In this document: positions 8,774-18,294 of the stretch, one piece after another
How the letters are laid out: each line of letters starts with the position of its first letter
Numbering within the stretch: position 1 is the first letter of the stretch
Origin: a virus
Taxonomy: Duplodnaviria; Heunggongvirae; Uroviricota; Caudoviricetes
Direction: 5' to 3' (one strand)
DNA length: 43,160 nt
IMG/VR virus record: IMGVR_UViG_3300014682_000024
Coordinates: 1 to 43,160 of that record
Program-made: the position numbers and the translations under genes
The notes under the pieces: generated by a model
Seen by the model: the letters and a program-made list of their open reading frames with translations, nothing else
Told to the model about the DNA's origin: nothing
Databases searched by the model: none

Positions 8774-10245
8774 ACCGTCAGTTCCTCCAGCGCCAGTTTA
8801 TTGTTAATCATTGCCCGCAGTGTCAGGCGCTCCAGTGGTGACTTCGGCCCAAAGTCATAATCGATATACAACTGCCCTGCCGCCAGGGTTTCAGTTGTAT
8901 TCAGTTCATCATTCAGCCAGGCGCTGCCACCGTGGATCGCACCCAGATTTTTAAGCTGACGCATATAGGCATTAATGCTGCCAAGAATGTCGTCTGCCAC
9001 ATCCCGATCAAGCGGGCGATCGACATAAGGCAACATGGCCTCCTGGATACTGTCCTCAATCACATCTGCAGTGCGGCGTACCGGCTCAAAGCGCCACTGA
9101 CTGTGGGATGTGCACAGACGGTTCCCCCAGTGTTTAAAACCGTCATGGCGAATAATGGTGGAAATGTTTTCCATGTTCAGCAGGTTTGCCGTGCAGTTCT
9201 GCTCCCCGAGAATAAACGTATCCACCTGCTCCAGACCGGTGATATTCATCACGTTCTGGTTTGATTTGGACCACCACCACCCTTTTTCGTAATCAATACG
9301 GGCACGCAGCCCGGCAGCACGAGCCGAATATGGACGAAATATCGTTTGCCCGCTGTCATCCGTCACTGACACGCGCGGACGCAGCAGCTCCACACGCCCA
9401 CCAAATGACGCGCGCCGCTGAACCACATCCTGCGGCGTTGCCATTGAGGGCGAGTCAATATAGGCCACAGCCCGCAGCTTCGCGGCATACGTTTCCAGCG
9501 CCTTTGCCACGCCATCATCCTCACTGTACCCCGTGGCAATGAGGATGCGCGGTTGATAGCCTGTCACGCCCTTACTTTCTGTCAGCGCCTCCATGGCCTG
9601 AATCACCGCCGCACGCTGTTCGGCCTCTTTCGCCTTTGTTTTGCTTTCCGCACGCACCACAATCACCAGCGCACCGGTCTGGTCAAAAATATCACGCAGG
9701 GCCGGATATAATGTCCCGGCTGAGCCCAGTTTCCCGGCCTGAGTAATGGCCCCTGCCACCACCACCGGTGTATTGACCGGGAACGCCTCATCCTCCCCGC
9801 CGGATAACGTCAGGCTGAACGGCGACACCACATTATTTTCAGCGCTTCCTGCATTCAGGGCACTGACAGCCGCCGTCACAGGCGAATCCCCCAGCGCATT
9901 CACCACTTCAGTCACACGGTCCGCCGTGGCGTTAATCTGGCTGTGTTCGTCCGTACCCAGCGTTATCGTCAGGGTTGTGCCTTTCAGCGATGCCGCTGTC
10001 TGCGCGTTTTGTTCTGTGGCAGCCACAGCAACAACCGAAATCTTATTACCGGCCCGACCTTCCTGTTTCGCCGTGAAATCCAGCGCCGTTCCCAGCAGCC
10101 AGGAGCCGGCTGTGCCGGAAGCGCACACACCACCAGAGGCGTCCGGCGCTGTCCCCACCAGGCCAATCACCGCCGTGGAGATGGTCTGCACGGCAACCGT
10201 GCCTGTCGTCAGTTCAATGGTTTCAACACCATGTAATCCGGACAT
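8770..10245 (-). CDS. Tail sheath protein (P2 FI-like) with an extra N-proximal insertion
   Basis: 491 aa; position and conserved C-terminal sheath-like region. Confidence 0.75.
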   Translation of the reverse strand: MSGLHGVETIELTTGTVAVQTISTAVIGLVGTAPDASGGVCASGTAGSWLLGTALDFTAKQEGRAGNKISVVAVAATEQNAQTAASLKGTTLTITLGTDEHSQINATADRVTEVVNALGDSPVTAAVSALNAGSAENNVVSPFSLTLSGGEDEAFPVNTPVVVAGAITQAGKLGSAGTLYPALRDIFDQTGALVIVVRAESKTKAKEAEQRAAVIQAMEALTESKGVTGYQPRILIATGYSEDDGVAKALETYAAKLRAVAYIDSPSMATPQDVVQRRASFGGRVELLRPRVSVTDDSGQTIFRPYSARAAGLRARIDYEKGWWWSKSNQNVMNITGLEQVDTFILGEQNCTANLLNMENISTIIRHDGFKHWGNRLCTSHSQWRFEPVRRTADVIEDSIQEAMLPYVDRPLDRDVADDILGSINAYMRQLKNLGAIHGGSAWLNDELNTTETLAAGQLYIDYDFGPKSPLERLTLRAMINNKLALEELTV

Positions 10246-10254
10246 ACATTTCTC

Positions 10255-10280
10255 CCATAAAAAAACCGCCCTCAGGCGGT
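10255..10280 (-). terminator. Terminator-like hairpin upstream of the sheath gene
   Basis: accgcc-ctca-ggcggt stem followed by U-tract on the minus strand. Confidence 0.45.
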
Positions 10281-10299
10281 CAGATGATTAACTTCTTTT

Positions 10300-10842
10300 T
10301 CAGGTATTTTGTGGCTGCTCAGGCCAGCTAATATTGTTGTAAGTGGTCTTATCCGTAATAGCTCTGAAATCCATCGCCTGCAGCGATTTCGCGTAAATGC
10401 GGTACGCTTTCAGCTTCTCCCTGTCTTCGTCACTGATTAATCCCAGCAGCAGGTCTTTTTCCCATTCGCTGGTCATGATGCTGACCTGTTTTAACCGGGC
10501 ATCGCGCTCATCTTCCGCTTTAAGTTTGTAGTCGAAGACAAATTTATCGTCGCGGTAAAACCAGTAACCAGGCACGGTAATACGGCGGTTAGCGGTAATA
10601 TCAGGAACTTCAATAACACTGGCGTTACGGGGTTCAATGCCTGTCACATCCTTACCGACCCACACCACGCGCCCGTCTCCGGTGTAAACCATTTTTATGG
10701 TGTCACTGGCAAAATTTTTCAGCTCTTCATACCAGTTTTTGTCATCTTCCGAAAAAAGCCAGGTGATACCATGTTGTTTTGTCATCTGATATTGTTCTGC
10801 GGTTTTCGGATTGCCTGCAGTAATATTTTTTAAATGCAACAT
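10300..10842 (-). CDS. Tail fibre assembly protein (P2 gpG / lambda Tfa family)
   Basis: 180 aa directly downstream of the H-like fibre; C-terminal Tfa-like motif ending ...ISWPEQP. Confidence 0.65.
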   Translation of the reverse strand: MLHLKNITAGNPKTAEQYQMTKQHGITWLFSEDDKNWYEELKNFASDTIKMVYTGDGRVVWVGKDVTGIEPRNASVIEVPDITANRRITVPGYWFYRDDKFVFDYKLKAEDERDARLKQVSIMTSEWEKDLLLGLISDEDREKLKAYRIYAKSLQAMDFRAITDKTTYNNISWPEQPQNT

Positions 10843-10844
10843 TG

Positions 10845-12272
10845 TTAAACACTCGCCACGTTATACCAGGTGCCGTTAATCAGTTTCTGAAGCGGTCGGT
10901 AATACACGCCGCCGATGTTATCTGCCGAATTACTTCCGGTTTCCTGCACATTAATACCGGATAACCCGTGGCCTGAAGGTGAGCGAAATGTCCAGGATAC
11001 CTGGTTACCTCCCGGGTTGTAATACATTTCGGAACCATAACGCACATCCTGCACGCCGCCATTTCGCTGCTGATAACGGGCATCGAAATTTCCATAGTTT
11101 GATGGGGTCATCTGTCCGTTTACAGCGAATGTGATACTGCCATCGGTATTTCTCTGGCTGTAAAAATGCCAGCCGGAATCATCACCAAGCTCTGCAACTA
11201 CAGGTCGGGATGAATTACCCCATAAATTAAACGTTGCGTTTTTCGTGGAGTTGTTGGCGCTGGATAACGTGAATTTTTTAGCATTTCCGGCCTGAATATT
11301 TTTTAACGCTATCGCCACACCATTCTGGAAACGAAATACATGCTGTCCATTCGCATAAACATCCAGAATGCCGTCGCCGTTTTGTTTTATACCTGTATCG
11401 TTATCCCCGAAAGCAATTGAGTTTCCGCCCAGCGCGTTCTGAACGCCGATACCCAGCGCACCATTGACCTGAGAACCGCAGCCAACAGACACTTTATGCG
11501 ACATGGATATTTCACCCGTCCGCAGATTAATAGTGAACGGTCGAAGTGGACCAATATCGCCATTCTCGCCCTGACCTTCACTGGTAGGGATAAGGTGCAG
11601 GCACTCTTCCGAACGACGAAAAATCAGACCAAAGGCTTCGTTGAAAATCCTCAGCGCATTAACACCACGGATTTTCAGTTCCCCGGTCATGGTGTCACCA
11701 TCACGCTGAACGGCATTTTTTGCCTTGTCCACCGTAGGTTTTAATCCGAGGTTTTCAACAGCCTCATCCTTGTCTTCCACATCCGAAAGATTCTTTTTTC
11801 GTTGCAGATAGCGTCTGTCTCCGATTTCCTGAGTAATAATGGCCCTGTCCGGATCAACTTCCAGCACCACGTTTTGTGCGTGCGTCAGCCCAAGAACCAG
11901 CGTCAGAATAACTTCCTTGATAACGGAGTCTGTCTGGTCTGGTAAAAAGGTGTCCGGATAACGTCCGTACGCGATAAGCGTACCTCTGTCGCTGATCATC
12001 CCCAGTTCACGAAGGGTTTTACCGGGGTATGATTTACAGTCAATCACAATATCCCCGCTGATGAAGCCCTCCTCCACCGCACCGTCGGAAAAGGGTTCCT
12101 GCCCGAATTCGCCGTACAACGATGTCATTGCTGCCATTTCATCCGGCGTGGATGGCAATGCCCGCCCGCCCCCGTCACCAAGCAGAACATGCCGGACGGT
12201 CACGGTTTGCCCGTTCTGATATGCTGCTTCAATTTCTGCAGCGCCGGACGTTGTCAGAATCAGTCCATTCAT
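10845..12272 (-). CDS. Tail fibre protein (P2 gpH-like)
   Basis: Position after I; collar-like N-terminus and G/N/S-rich C-terminal receptor-binding-like region. Confidence 0.7.
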   Translation of the reverse strand: MNGLILTTSGAAEIEAAYQNGQTVTVRHVLLGDGGGRALPSTPDEMAAMTSLYGEFGQEPFSDGAVEEGFISGDIVIDCKSYPGKTLRELGMISDRGTLIAYGRYPDTFLPDQTDSVIKEVILTLVLGLTHAQNVVLEVDPDRAIITQEIGDRRYLQRKKNLSDVEDKDEAVENLGLKPTVDKAKNAVQRDGDTMTGELKIRGVNALRIFNEAFGLIFRRSEECLHLIPTSEGQGENGDIGPLRPFTINLRTGEISMSHKVSVGCGSQVNGALGIGVQNALGGNSIAFGDNDTGIKQNGDGILDVYANGQHVFRFQNGVAIALKNIQAGNAKKFTLSSANNSTKNATFNLWGNSSRPVVAELGDDSGWHFYSQRNTDGSITFAVNGQMTPSNYGNFDARYQQRNGGVQDVRYGSEMYYNPGGNQVSWTFRSPSGHGLSGINVQETGSNSADNIGGVYYRPLQKLINGTWYNVASV

Positions 12273-12859
12273 ACACCTGCCTCACTCTGCCCGCCTGTGG
12301 GCACTGTCTTTGTTGTCACACCGGTACTTCTGATTTTTTCTGTCGCCATCACATAGCCGTAACCAAATCCACGCCCTGTGCTGTTCCCGTAAACGTGAAT
12401 ACTGAACCAGCTGCGCAGATTTTTGGCACGGAGCACCGCATGCTTCAGATCCTGATGATCATTCATCAGCACCGGTAAATCCTTCTGCTCCACGTTCAGA
12501 CGAAAGGTATACGGCTCCCCGGGTGGGGTCTGCTCATACCACTCAACAATCTGCGACCGGAAGGGACTGTCAGCCAGCGATGCCATCAGCGCCGCTTTAG
12601 TCCCTCTGTGGCGGTGGATGTAAGCAGCACGTTTTATCGCAGACCTTTTTTCCGTCTCCGTCCAGTGTTCATTCCAGGTATCCACCGCCATTTCCCAGGC
12701 CAGCCATGGCAGCAATTCAGCAGGACATAAATCGGGATTTTTCACATAGCGGATCAGGCAGACCGCTATGTCTGACAGCATATCTCCGGCGACACAGTCC
12801 ACCACCCGCTCTGCCCGGCTGGCACTGACCGGCAGTATGCTCCTGATATCGTCATTCAT
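12269..12859 (-). CDS. Tail protein I (baseplate, P2 gpI-like)
   Basis: About 196 aa between J and H. Confidence 0.65.
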   Translation of the reverse strand: MNDDIRSILPVSASRAERVVDCVAGDMLSDIAVCLIRYVKNPDLCPAELLPWLAWEMAVDTWNEHWTETEKRSAIKRAAYIHRHRGTKAALMASLADSPFRSQIVEWYEQTPPGEPYTFRLNVEQKDLPVLMNDHQDLKHAVLRAKNLRSWFSIHVYGNSTGRGFGYGYVMATEKIRSTGVTTKTVPTGGQSEAGV

Positions 12860-13766
12860 CAGTTGTCTCCACCTTATTCAGCGTTACCTTACGGCACCAC
12901 GGTGCCTGCCCCATCGCAGGAACGATATCACTGCCCGGAGAGGTCAGATTCACCGTAATCACCCCGGTCTGGTGAAGGGCACCATCCATGCCAGAACGGG
13001 ATGCCACCGAGCCAATCCGGTGGACGCTGTCAGTGTATGACTGCAGCGCCTTGCGGGCATTTGCCATAACCAGTTCACCATCCAGTCCGTAGGGAATATG
13101 AATATCCGCCACCACATCGTAGGGAATAATTTCTGCCGTCCGGACACTGACAAAATCCGTCAGGGGACGGGTTTCATCATCACAGACTGATGCTGCCACC
13201 TTATCCAGCAGGGGTTGTGATGCAGTGCCATTTCCGGACCGGGATAACACATAAAGAAAAACACGCCCTTCCTGTGAATGCGTTTCCGGCCCGTAAGCCT
13301 TCACATCCAGCACATCAGGATCAGCACTTTGCGCAAAATAGTGGTACGCATTTTTCGCACCGGCGGTGCTCAGCCGTGCCCATGACAACTGGATACGTTC
13401 GCGAAAAGCGTCATCATCTTCATACACCGCAGGCGTGGGCGGAATGGTGCTGTCATCTGCCGGGGTAATCACCAGACGCTGCACCTGAAAATTCGCACCA
13501 ATCTGATCCAGGTCGTTCCTCCGGGCACTCGCAAGCAATACACCCCGGACAGCATCATTGACCTGCTGGCGCATCAGCGCCACGCGAAAAGCCAGCGCCT
13601 CTGCCCATTTATACGCCGGATCGGATTCCACCAGGGCCGAAAACAACGTGTCCAGCTCCTGATACTTCGTCACTATCTGAGTGACCAGCACAGCAGTGTC
13701 CGGCACCTCCACCGCATCCGGTACCGGTATCGCAGACAGATCAATAATTGCCTGAGATGTTGCCAA
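12852..13766 (-). CDS. Baseplate assembly protein J
   Basis: About 304 aa; N-terminus (IDLS.IP.PD) resembles P2 gpJ; in the V-W-J-I order. Confidence 0.75.
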   Translation of the reverse strand: MATSQAIIDLSAIPVPDAVEVPDTAVLVTQIVTKYQELDTLFSALVESDPAYKWAEALAFRVALMRQQVNDAVRGVLLASARRNDLDQIGANFQVQRLVITPADDSTIPPTPAVYEDDDAFRERIQLSWARLSTAGAKNAYHYFAQSADPDVLDVKAYGPETHSQEGRVFLYVLSRSGNGTASQPLLDKVAASVCDDETRPLTDFVSVRTAEIIPYDVVADIHIPYGLDGELVMANARKALQSYTDSVHRIGSVASRSGMDGALHQTGVITVNLTSPGSDIVPAMGQAPWCRKVTLNKVETTDE

Positions 13767-14097
13767 TTTTTATCTCCTCGAGTCGAATCGTATCCTGAGT
13801 TTCGTTATTCACCCCGACAAGCGTCAGCCACGCGCTTCCTTCTCCTGTCCACGTCACTTCCACCCGCCGGAGAGTCAGGCGGGGTTCCCAGCGTTCAAGG
13901 GCGGTTACCGTTTCGCGAACAATTCTCACCCGCGTGAAATCATCCTGTGGGTTATCAAGCAGACTGAAAAGTCTGCTGCCGTATTCCCTGAGCAGGACCC
14001 GGCTGCCGACCGGTGTTGACAAAATATCAGTGACGGACTGGCGCAGATGTTCGTTACCGTGCAGATATCTGCCGGTGGCTGAATCAATACCAATCAT
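13741..14097 (-). CDS. Baseplate protein W (GPW/gp25 family)
   Basis: 118 aa between V and J. Confidence 0.7.
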   Translation of the reverse strand: MIGIDSATGRYLHGNEHLRQSVTDILSTPVGSRVLLREYGSRLFSLLDNPQDDFTRVRIVRETVTALERWEPRLTLRRVEVTWTGEGSAWLTLVGVNNETQDTIRLEEIKIGNISGNY

Positions 14098-14130
14098 GTT
14101 GTTTATTCCGGAAAAAGAACTGAAAGGAGA

Positions 14131-14754
14131 TTACATTTGCTGACCAGGCTGTCCGGTGCTGCCACCACTGTCACCCCGGTGATTGTGACCGTTATAGACA
14201 ATTCTGATTTGACTCATCGTTCCGTGATAATCAGAAACCTCACCACCGACCATCAGATCCGCCTTAACCACCGCCTCAGCATTCATGGTTGCTTTACCCT
14301 GTACGGTCAGGGTATCTGTGATTTCTACCGGACCGTCCAGGGTTCCCCTGCCGGTAATTTTATAGCTGCCGCCTTCAGCCAGCGTGATGGACAGGGCATT
14401 AGCCTGACGGTCGTAACGGATTTCCGTTCCGGTATCAAACAAAATAACATGTTCGTATTCACTGCCCTCAGGGACAGGAATGGCGTCAATATTAGCCCCC
14501 GGATACACCCGACCGTTACGCAAATCGCCCGCCTCCGATATCACTGTAACGGCATCTCCGGGAGCCGGGTAATTACTGACCTGCATGTAGCGCCCGGACT
14601 GTACCTGAATCCAGGGCAACGGAGGCGAAAGCACATCCCCGATATCCACCCGAACCATCACCGGGCTACCCGGGATCACCTCGTCCACCACGCCGCGACG
14701 AACCATGTCCGCCACCCTGCGGCGTAACTCAGCCACTTCATCTGCCAGACTCAT
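14131..14754 (-). CDS. Baseplate spike/assembly protein V
   Basis: Start taken at the internal ATG (MSLADEVAELRRRV...); the longer track ORF overlaps the upstream gene. Confidence 0.7.
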   Translation of the reverse strand: MSLADEVAELRRRVADMVRRGVVDEVIPGSPVMVRVDIGDVLSPPLPWIQVQSGRYMQVSNYPAPGDAVTVISEAGDLRNGRVYPGANIDAIPVPEGSEYEHVILFDTGTEIRYDRQANALSITLAEGGSYKITGRGTLDGPVEITDTLTVQGKATMNAEAVVKADLMVGGEVSDYHGTMSQIRIVYNGHNHRGDSGGSTGQPGQQM

Positions 14755-15304
14755 CGCCGGTGCCCTCCGATTTCCAGATAAGACGATAATCCTGCTCATG
14801 TCTCTTGCCGGTTTCCGGTACTTTACCCAGCCAGACTTCCTGTAACGGCGCACCTGCCGGAACTGCAAACGGATCTTCGCCGACCGGAATGTCCTGTTCA
14901 AAAGAGACACGGAAAACGATGTAGTCGTCCAGCAGCCGGTCGAAGGTATCCACCTCAGCATCGATAAAAACCGCCGGATCAACGTTATCCAGCCCGAACG
15001 TGGCTCCCTCAATCCAGTCAGATAAATCCATCGCCAGACAACGGGCAAAAATCTGCGGTTTTGGCACGTTTTCCGTCTTCCCGGCCCGGTCTGTCACCAC
15101 AAACAGATCACATTTCAGCGTGACCCGCGTTTGCCCGTCAGCAAAATGAGCCTTGTCCCAGCCCGGTACATCCACAAACACAGCAGGCGTCACCAGTTGC
15201 GTCACTTTTTCCGGGTACTCATCGGCATCTTCCACCCAGGGAATTTGTTTCAGACTGTCAATCACCGCCTGATGCCAGGCGCCCATCATCAATGGTTCCA
15301 TCAC
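14738..15304 (-). CDS. Hypothetical virion protein (possible tail completion/neck)
   Basis: Acidic 188 aa ORF between head-completion genes and baseplate V. Confidence 0.3.
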   Translation of the reverse strand: MMEPLMMGAWHQAVIDSLKQIPWVEDADEYPEKVTQLVTPAVFVDVPGWDKAHFADGQTRVTLKCDLFVVTDRAGKTENVPKPQIFARCLAMDLSDWIEGATFGLDNVDPAVFIDAEVDTFDRLLDDYIVFRVSFEQDIPVGEDPFAVPAGAPLQEVWLGKVPETGKRHEQDYRLIWKSEGTGDESGR

Positions 15305-16083
15305 TCCAGCCCCTTAAATACCCGGAATTTCAGTTCATGCTCAAAATTTTTCAGGATCAGTGCTTCCGCATCCGGAAAAACAAAATCCTCTATACGGTTC
15401 AGCATGGCTTCATAAATATCAATTTCCGCTTCACGCGCCCTCCGTCGTCCGGATGCCTGTCGGATCAGTATCGTTTTCCTTCTTGATATACGTCCGTTAC
15501 GATTTTCCGCTTCGAACTGGTTGATAAAGGCATCATCCGTTGACCAGGTGGTGACAGGCAGGGATTCCCCGGCAGGTTTAAAACGGATCTCCCGTGCCTT
15601 CCTCCGGTGGGAAGCTGGAGCAAAACGCCCCCGCTCATCGCGCAACTGATGGCGTTCGCCGCGTCGTCCCCCACTGATGCGTCCGCGCAGATCGCGTACT
15701 TTGATGGCGTTCAGACCGAACCATACCTTCGCCTCATCAAACTCATCACCGTTACGACGAATGATAAAATTATGCAGAACACGCTTTTTGATCATTTTCT
15801 GACTGCGTGGGGCAACCTGTTTTTTAAACTCTGCCATAGCCTTCATCCGCAGTGCAGACGCGGCTCTTTTCAGCGCCACGCCCCAGGCTTTACGGATCTG
15901 ACTTTTTGACCCACCCAGTTTAGCGATAATTTTCAGCACCTCATCTTCATCAATATCGACGACGAGGTTTCGTGCCAGCCGTCGCTGCCGGGCACTGCTT
16001 CGTTCATGCTCTCTTACTGCCATAACGTTTACTCGGTCGTTCCGGTGCAGCAGGTGTATTTCTCCCCGGCTCTCCACGCGCAA
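15301..16083 (-). CDS. Hypothetical basic virion protein (possible head-tail connector or tail completion); start uncertain
   Basis: R/K-rich ORF after the FII-like gene; overlaps the FII-like ORF, so the true start may be internal. Confidence 0.3.
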   Translation of the reverse strand: MRVESRGEIHLLHRNDRVNVMAVREHERSSARQRRLARNLVVDIDEDEVLKIIAKLGGSKSQIRKAWGVALKRAASALRMKAMAEFKKQVAPRSQKMIKKRVLHNFIIRRNGDEFDEAKVWFGLNAIKVRDLRGRISGGRRGERHQLRDERGRFAPASHRRKAREIRFKPAGESLPVTTWSTDDAFINQFEAENRNGRISRRKTILIRQASGRRRAREAEIDIYEAMLNRIEDFVFPDAEALILKNFEHELKFRVFKGLE

Positions 16084-16411
16084 GGGTGATGGTAATCACC
16101 CCCTGACCCACAGTGCCTGACTCACCCCAGCCGGGATCGACTACCTGATAGGGTTCGCCGTGGATCATGACCCTGTCATATTTTTTCAGACCGGCGGCCC
16201 ATGCGCTCCGGGTAAATAACACGGGCGCAGTATCACGAATTTCGCCGCTGCCAGTGTTCATCCCGGTGTTTTCTGCCGGGGCATCAAAAACGGCACGGAT
16301 TCTTCTTTCCGTGCCGTCCGGATATATGCTGATTTCCGTCCCCATCGTATCCAGGATGATGTCATCCGCATCGCTCATGGCCTGATCGAACAGATTATCT
16401 AACATCATCAC
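16004..16411 (-). CDS. Head-tail joining protein (lambda FII-like)
   Basis: N-terminus DNLFD.A...D and RAVFD.P.EN pattern as in lambda FII. Confidence 0.6.
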   Translation of the reverse strand: MMMLDNLFDQAMSDADDIILDTMGTEISIYPDGTERRIRAVFDAPAENTGMNTGSGEIRDTAPVLFTRSAWAAGLKKYDRVMIHGEPYQVVDPGWGESGTVGQGVITITLARGEPGRNTPAAPERPSKRYGSKRA

Positions 16412-16773
16412 TCCCGGATTTTTTCTGCCAGACCGTCCGCCAGCAACGCTGGAACTGCGGCTTCATTAACCAGCACAACACTGGAGGCCCGGGCAAACAT
16501 CAACATTTTTCCCGTCACAGCATCACAGGCTGGCATATGCGCCGTTTTCAGCATACGCACCCGGGCGAGTCCCCGCTCAGAATGCATTCCGTCGCCGGAT
16601 GCATCGTTGCCCACATCTTCCTTCCCTGTCTCCTCCCCATCGAATCCGGTGGCCTCCTCTTCCCATTCCGCCAGGCGCTGCTCAAGATCGGCTTTTGAAC
16701 CTGAAATATCTGCTTCACGCCCCAGAATCACTGCCAGTTCCTGCAAACGTTCAGTCATCTGCTCTTTTGTCAT
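16408..16773 (-). CDS. DNA packaging protein FI-like
   Basis: Internal start MTKEQ...; N-terminal pattern MTK..L..RL..L......S..G.K..L..R.AE and ERGLAR motif resemble lambda FI. Confidence 0.5.
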   Translation of the reverse strand: MTKEQMTERLQELAVILGREADISGSKADLEQRLAEWEEEATGFDGEETGKEDVGNDASGDGMHSERGLARVRMLKTAHMPACDAVTGKMLMFARASSVVLVNEAAVPALLADGLAEKIRE

Positions 16774-16823
16774 CACATCTCTCCCGTGCGCTAAAGAAAA
16801 AGGCGGGAATATCCCGCCTGACC

Positions 16824-17852
16824 TTATTTCACCTGAACCACCACAAACGCATCCGGATCCGGCAGCACCATCAACGGCGCAGACTGCGTCATGGTATATT
16901 CGCAACCAGGATCCCCCACTTCCTCCCAGTGTTTCGGATAACGAATCGCAGAGGTGATCCCTTCACTCAGTGCCTGATTATCCTGAATGGCACCATAACA
17001 ACGGACGCCTTCCGCCTGAGTGTTCCCCAGAATCAGTGTACCTTCCGGCAGATAACGCTGTTCATCCCCGTTTTCGTCAACATACGTTGTCTTCGCCACC
17101 ACAATGGCCAGATCGCCGTAATGGCCTTTAAAGGAAACCACGGAGCCCAGATCTTTCAGTGCCGTTTCCAGCTCAGATTTGGAGCCACGGCGGGTATCCA
17201 GTTTTTCACGGAACAGTTTAAAACCGTTCAGCATACGCCAGACCGTGCCGTCCATAATCGCGATATTGATGGTGCCGGAAGCGAAATCGCAGTACGCATC
17301 CAGATCATGCGTCGGATCGAAGGTGTCAGCATTCTGCTGTGACCATTCGCGTCCGCCAGCCTGCGTAATGTTATTGGCGACAGAACGCCCAAAATCCACT
17401 TCCACCGTCTCAAACTGCTCGCCGCTCATGGTGTATTTACCCTGCAGAACGGCACTGACCGCCTGCATTTCTTCCACCTGCACAATCGCCTGCTCTTCCT
17501 GTTTCAGGTTGTCCGTCAGAATACGCAGACGGCGGTAAGCCGGGTCATTAAGGCGGGCCGGATCTTCTCCCGGAAGACGTTCCACTGCCTGCTGATAATC
17601 AAAGCGGTGTTTTGGTTTTACATAACCGGGACGTAACACACGGGTTTCACCACCACGGCTGCGCAGCACTTTGCCTGACACCACCGGAGACACATACGCC
17701 GCAACCGGTGTTTTGCCGGTAATTTTATCCAGCATGACTTCCTGAGTATGGAAAGTGATCGTGCGACGAAAGAACAGCTCCAGAAACAGCGCACGAAACT
17801 TCACTTTCTGCTCGGTGTACCCGAGTAACTGACGCGTGGTAAATAACCCCAT
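16824..17852 (-). CDS. E: Major capsid protein (lambda gpE-like)
   Basis: 342 aa; long motifs shared with lambda E (VSP.VSG.V.RSRGG, PGYVKPKH, YRR.RI, VEEMQAVSAVL.GKYTM.GE, KLDTRRGS.SELETA.KDLG, GNTQA.G.R.YG.IQD, TMIQSAPLM). Confidence 0.9.
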   Translation of the reverse strand: MGLFTTRQLLGYTEQKVKFRALFLELFFRRTITFHTQEVMLDKITGKTPVAAYVSPVVSGKVLRSRGGETRVLRPGYVKPKHRFDYQQAVERLPGEDPARLNDPAYRRLRILTDNLKQEEQAIVQVEEMQAVSAVLQGKYTMSGEQFETVEVDFGRSVANNITQAGGREWSQQNADTFDPTHDLDAYCDFASGTINIAIMDGTVWRMLNGFKLFREKLDTRRGSKSELETALKDLGSVVSFKGHYGDLAIVVAKTTYVDENGDEQRYLPEGTLILGNTQAEGVRCYGAIQDNQALSEGITSAIRYPKHWEEVGDPGCEYTMTQSAPLMVLPDPDAFVVVQVK

Positions 17853-17920
17853 AATTTATTTTCCTTCAGAAACACAAACGGGCCGCATCGCGACCCGTTT
17901 TTCAGTTAATCACTTCACCA

Positions 17921-18256
17921 TCAGGCGTGGCTGATGGCACTTCCCACAAATGCGTTGGCTTTTTTCACCGCATCCACAGAGTCAGGCCAGACCAGCGACT
18001 CAGTGGCAAACGTACCGCTTTTGTAGTACGTCAGCATGGACTCGGTCCCGGTAAGCGCCAGAGCCAGCACGCCCACTGCCGTTCCGGCTTTCTGACCATC
18101 CCATGCCACCAGTTTACCGGTGGCGTCATCCAGCATCAGTGGCGTCAGTGCAGGCATGGCGGCACTGATACCACTGGTGGCTTTTGCGGTATGCGCCGGA
18201 TCGTTTCCGGCAAAAATGTGCACATCCGCGCGCTTTTCCGTGGTGGTTTTAATCAT
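17921..18256 (-). CDS. D: Head decoration protein (lambda gpD-like)
   Basis: 111 aa; motifs DPAHTA, MTPLMLD...KLVAWDG, YKSGTF as in lambda D. Confidence 0.8.
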   Translation of the reverse strand: MIKTTTEKRADVHIFAGNDPAHTAKATSGISAAMPALTPLMLDDATGKLVAWDGQKAGTAVGVLALALTGTESMLTYYKSGTFATESLVWPDSVDAVKKANAFVGSAISHA

Positions 18257-18294
18257 TTTTCAGCCTCCTGATTTATCTGAATTCCGGATATCGC

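Noticed and set aside
14755-15048. N-terminal 98 codons of the long track ORF for baseplate V
   Set aside because: This stretch overlaps the upstream gene; the internal ATG at 14754 gives a typical gpV N-terminus
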